DNA of 41,640 nucleotides from a bacterium (GTDB lineage: Bacteria > Hinthialibacterota > Hinthialibacteria > Hinthialibacterales > Hinthialibacteraceae): positions 1 to 41,640 of the forward strand of contig CAXXSM010000068.1 of assembly GCA_963663405.2 (NCBI GenBank). The letters run 5' to 3'. Of this stretch, positions 38,073 to 41,640 are shown piece after piece; position 1 is the first letter of the stretch; the number at the start of each line of letters is the position of its first letter. The position numbers were made by a program, and so were the translations under genes. The notes under the pieces were generated by a model, which saw nothing but the letters and a program-made list of their open reading frames with translations, ran no database searches and was not told where the DNA came from.

Positions 38073-38563
38073 TTACGCGCGGAGATTGAGCCCCGCGCGG
38101 AGAGGGGAGCGATTTGCTTTGGCGCCGGCGCGGGTGTAGACGCCGCTGTCTTTGGCGTCGATCATTTCCGCGATTTCATCGTTGAATGTGTTTACAGCGC
38201 GTTGGAGGATTATGGCGTTGACTTGGTTTTGCTCTTTTACGCGTTTCACGATCTCCAATAATTCCCCACCCGATTGTTCCAGTTCCGCCCGGTTGGCGGG
38301 TGGAAGGACGGCGAGGATATCCCGCAGGAAGGCTCTGGATTTTCAATGCCTAGTTGAGTAGTCAATGTATCCACAATATGACGGCGTTTCCGTTCAAGGT
38401 CAGCGGCTTCTTCCGTCAGTTTACGAAGGTATTGGGAACTTTCCAACAACGCGGGGGCGTTCGCCGTGGCGATCCAGCGCCGTTCATCTCGTTTGGCTAT
38501 AAGGATCTTTTCGTGGATTTTGAGTTCTTTTTTCAATAATTCGATCAAGCATTTTAGACTCAT
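38073..38563 (-). CDS. flgN: Flagellar export chaperone FlgN, frameshifted
   Basis: LIELLKKELKIHEKIL..LERKRR in 38246..38563 and VKEQNQVNAIILQRAV..GVYT in 38073..38258; follows flgJ; indels near 38325 and 38262. Confidence 0.8.
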
Positions 38564-38596
38564 ATCAACACTCTTTCTTCAAAGCGTTCCTTTCAA

Positions 38597-39157
38597 TTAA
38601 AATTGAACGCGGTCCGTAGGAACGGGATGGCGGTTTGTCAGATCCAGAAACGCGTTATCTTTCCGCTTTAACTCGATCATCTCTGGCCGGTTATTCAGAT
38701 CGATGAACGTTTCGGTATTGGGATGCAAAGGAAGAAAATCCTCCTGCTCCACTTTATGATTTTTACCTTTTAACGTTCGATAACCGTTCTCCGTAACGGC
38801 CTCGGAAGGATCTTCGACAATCTTCTCGTTTTTCGCTTTCAATTCTTCATAGATAATTTGGTCGATTCCCAGGTTGTTGTTGGAAGCGAGGTCTTCGGCC
38901 ATATGGTCGTCCACGATTTCCGTATACATTTCAGTCGCGAAAGATTTCCCCAAGATACCGTCTTGCGGGATGGTTTTACGCATCTCTTTCAAGACGAGGC
39001 GGTAGAGCATCGCTTCGAATTGATCGGCGATCTCGCGCATTTTTTCGTCCGACATTTTGCCTTTCGCGCCATCCGCCGCCTGCCGGAGAGAATCGAGGCG
39101 GGCGTCATCGCGGGCGGCGCCGGCGGTGGAGGTGTTGAGCGCGCTGGAGATATCCAT
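38597..39157 (-). CDS. flgJ: FlgJ-like rod-binding protein (no muramidase domain)
   Basis: MREIADQFEAMLYRLVLKEMRKTIP..MYTEIVDDHMAEDLA..LGIDQIIYEEL; follows flgI. Confidence 0.82.
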   Translation of the reverse strand: MDISSALNTSTAGAARDDARLDSLRQAADGAKGKMSDEKMREIADQFEAMLYRLVLKEMRKTIPQDGILGKSFATEMYTEIVDDHMAEDLASNNNLGIDQIIYEELKAKNEKIVEDPSEAVTENGYRTLKGKNHKVEQEDFLPLHPNTETFIDLNNRPEMIELKRKDNAFLDLTNRHPVPTDRVQF

Positions 39158-39189
39158 TTAGGATTCCTTTTGAGAATAGTCCTCGTTAT

Positions 39190-39287
39190 AACCTAGGATT
39201 ATATTCTTGTTAAATCCCAGGGTGATTATTCTGGATTAAAACCCAGGGTTAAAACCCTGGGCTATTTTCTTTTGTCCCTGTGGGACA
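39190..39287. repeat. REP-like palindromes between flgI and flgJ
   Basis: CCCAGGGTT-AA-AACCCTGGG (39242-39261), TGTCCC-TGT-GGGACA (39273-39287), and two degenerate upstream half-copies (AACCTAGGATT, ATCCCAGGGTG). Confidence 0.65.
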
Positions 39288-39349
39288 TTTTCTAGAGCGC
39301 ATGAATGAGCTTTTGAATACTGGATGTTTCATTCTTGCCATATCTTTTT

Positions 39350-40621
39350 TTACTGCATCATTACGACTTCGGCTTTGATCGCGCCGGCGGCGGCCATTGC
39401 TTCAAATATGGCGATTAGATCGCGGGGGGTGTATCCCAGCGCGTTTAGGTTCGCCACCACATCACCGACGGTGGTTCCTTGAATTACAAGGGCGGGTTTG
39501 GCGCCTTCTTCGGCCTGCACGTCTACGTTTTGCTGCTCCGCCGTTTCACCCGCTTCCCCGAATCCTGTGGGTTGAACGATTTCTTCCGTCGCCTTGATCG
39601 TAATGCGTAACGGCCCATGCGCGATCATGACCTCACGGACTTGAATATCCTGTCCAGCGACGACGGTGCCGGTGCGTTCGTTGATGACGATCTTGGCGGG
39701 TTCATCCGTCGCAATGCGCAGTTCATCGATAAACGCGATCGCGCCTACAAGAGAGTTGAAGGGTTGATTGCCCAGCCGAAGTTCCCCATCCCGGTCCACG
39801 GTCACTTGAACGCTGACTGAGGCGGCGTCTTCCGCCAAGGCGATTGGCACACCTGTGACGGAATTGATTTTCCGTTCTAGATTGTTCGCCGTTTTGAAAT
39901 CAGGCTTTTTGAGAAGCCAGCGAATGACGTTACCGGGCTGTAAGACGGTTTGGAATATAGGTTCCCCTTCCACACGCCCTCCACCGGGGATAATGCCGAC
40001 TACGGTATGGTTTTTCTGTACGGAAGCGGAGCCACCCCCTGCGGCGCCTGCCGACGCGGCGAAACCTCCGATCGAGACAGGGCCTTGCGCGAGCGCGTGC
40101 ACTTCGCCATCCGCGCCTCGCAGCGGTGTGAGAACGAGATAGCCACCTTGCAGGTTTTGCGCTTGTCCTACACTGGCGACAGTTACATCAATCTTGGTTC
40201 CGGGGCGCGCGAATGGGGGCAGCAGCGCCATGACCAAGACAATCGCGATGTTATCCGGGGTGATTTCGCTGGCGAGAACGTTGACGCCCATCCCTCCCAG
40301 CAGGTTGGCGAGAGCTTGACCGGTCGGTCCCGATCCACCATCGCCTGTTCCTTCCAAACCAACGACCAAGCCGTATCCCAGCAGGTCGTTGTCTTGGATC
40401 CCTTCTAACTGAGCGATATCTTTCACACGGGAGACCAGCGCTTTCCGGATCGTAAACTGGTCATCCGGTTGCAACGCGGCGAGCGCCTGGCTGTTGTCCA
40501 TTTGGAGAGGCACGGGATCGCCCGGTCTGAGCGTTTGCGCCTGGAGACACACAACGCTGGAAAAGAGCAGGAGCGCCACGATAAGAAATGTGATGATTTT
40601 ATGTATGAAAGAAAAACGCAT
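39350..40621 (-). CDS. flgI: Flagellar P-ring protein
   Basis: RVKDIA, LLGYGLVVGLEGTGD, LPPFARPG, LQGGYLVLTPL, AKIVINERTGTVV and PRDLIAIFEAM. Confidence 0.96.
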   Translation of the reverse strand: MRFSFIHKIITFLIVALLLFSSVVCLQAQTLRPGDPVPLQMDNSQALAALQPDDQFTIRKALVSRVKDIAQLEGIQDNDLLGYGLVVGLEGTGDGGSGPTGQALANLLGGMGVNVLASEITPDNIAIVLVMALLPPFARPGTKIDVTVASVGQAQNLQGGYLVLTPLRGADGEVHALAQGPVSIGGFAASAGAAGGGSASVQKNHTVVGIIPGGGRVEGEPIFQTVLQPGNVIRWLLKKPDFKTANNLERKINSVTGVPIALAEDAASVSVQVTVDRDGELRLGNQPFNSLVGAIAFIDELRIATDEPAKIVINERTGTVVAGQDIQVREVMIAHGPLRITIKATEEIVQPTGFGEAGETAEQQNVDVQAEEGAKPALVIQGTTVGDVVANLNALGYTPRDLIAIFEAMAAAGAIKAEVVMMQ

Positions 40622-40636
40622 TTTTCATGTATCCAT

Positions 40637-41260
40637 TTAGAACAAGAAATTCAAGAAACTCTGGAAGATGGATGGATTGGAGAGTTTTGTGACGGTTCCA
40701 TCGCCGAGATAACTGATTTCCGCGTCCGCGACTTGATGGGATAAAATGGAATTATCCTGGGAAATATCGCGGGGCCGCACTTTGCCGGAGAGAATGATGA
40801 TTTTTTGTTCCTTGCCGATACGGATCGTTTTCCGGGCTTCGATGAGATAATTGCCGACCTCATCGATCTGGACGATGGTGGCGGCGATGCGGGAACTGAA
40901 ACTGCTGACGCGGTCTACCTCGGTTTCACCTTTGAAATTATTTTGTGAATCAAATTGGAATGTCGGCACGCTGGCCGCGTCTGATCCACCGAAAATCTTA
41001 TTCATGAATGACGCGTTCCAAACGGAACTGAGAATTCCGCTGAATTGATGCGAGCGCTTCCCTTCCCCATCAGCGGTGTCGTTGGCGCGGTTGTCTTCTT
41101 GGATCACGATCGTGAGGATCTCGCCGACTTTGGACGCGTTGGCGCCGGTCAGCATTGAGTTCACTGGAGATTCTTTCGTCCAGAGAGAACGCGCTTCGGT
41201 AGGGAGGGAAATCGCTATCACAAAAATGGCGGTCCATAAGAAAACATGTTTATGATTCAT
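40637..41260 (-). CDS. flgH: Flagellar L-ring protein
   Basis: From ATG 41260 (GGAG RBS): SLW, ASKVGEILTIVIQE, GNYLIEARK, LSGKVRPRDI and VADAEISY-G. Confidence 0.93.
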   Translation of the reverse strand: MNHKHVFLWTAIFVIAISLPTEARSLWTKESPVNSMLTGANASKVGEILTIVIQEDNRANDTADGEGKRSHQFSGILSSVWNASFMNKIFGGSDAASVPTFQFDSQNNFKGETEVDRVSSFSSRIAATIVQIDEVGNYLIEARKTIRIGKEQKIIILSGKVRPRDISQDNSILSHQVADAEISYLGDGTVTKLSNPSIFQSFLNFLF

Positions 41261-41301
41261 GATTTTTTCTCCTTCTCTCATTACGCATTGTGAAATGGCT
41301 T

Positions 41302-41640
41302 TCAAGACGATACCCACTCAACTAATGATTGATTAATGACTTTCGCTTTGACAACCCGCGCGGTTGAATCCACTTTGACGGGGATGATTTGTCCGGGCGC
41401 GCCACGAGTTTGCGCCTTGGCGGTGGTTTGGAGGAGCGTCCCATTATGACGAAGGATCATCTGGACAACGGAACCGCGTTTTAGGACGTAATTGGTTTCA
41501 AGCGCGGAGCGCTGGACCGGTTCCATTGGGCTTAGATTCGTACGGCACCGTTGGCCGAGTAAATCCTCTAGCCGGCCGATATACATACGATCGTATTGTT
41601 CTTTAAAAATGTCCTTCACTTCCTCGCGGACATCGTTCAT
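41302..41640 (-). CDS. flgA: Flagellar P-ring chaperone FlgA, C-terminal part (5' end outside the window)
   Basis: SAF/ChapFlgA pattern LKRGSVVQM..TTAKAQTRGAPGQIIPVKVDSTARVVKAKVI; upstream of flgH. Confidence 0.88.
   Translation of the reverse strand: MNDVREEVKDIFKEQYDRMYIGRLEDLLGQRCRTNLSPMEPVQRSALETNYVLKRGSVVQMILRHNGTLLQTTAKAQTRGAPGQIIPVKVDSTARVVKAKVINQSLVEWVSS

Overview
Chromosomal window from a flagellated, diderm bacterium (lpxH-like, flgH/flgI, dacB, rpmA, dapA), probably an uncultured lineage; the taxonomy cannot be fixed from sequence alone. About 32 genes, mostly on the minus strand. At least seven genes are split by mostly +1 homopolymer indels, concentrated in 1-16 kb and near 38.3 kb; these look like assembly errors, so I rejoined the fragments by hand. 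Content: a TPR lipoprotein with a degenerate C39-like domain, dapA, an HD-GYP response regulator, an Lrp + aminotransferase pair, lpxH-like, a DHS-like gene, dacB, bpsA-like, panE, a stand-alone rpmA, CHAD, an LTD-CotH-LTD protein, an SDR, cheX-cheY, a GDPD-metallophosphoesterase fusion, gndA/gntK/EamA, heparinase II/III-like and CBM9-glycosidase-like proteins, a non-pyrrolysine MttB + VOC pair, and flgA-H-I-J-N. Most striking signals: (1) three Gly/Met(/Tyr) low-complexity tracts in two exported proteins, one of them an ~815-aa orphan PilO/GspM-like protein with an inserted LamG-like domain; (2) a dispersed intergenic element built from alternating inverted 12-bp arms; (3) two predicted pseudo-enzymes (CotH and C39); (4) a short terminal SVEHWALY motif that may be a sorting signal. 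I saw no rRNA, tRNA, CRISPR array or transposase. All family assignments come from motif recognition, not database searches.
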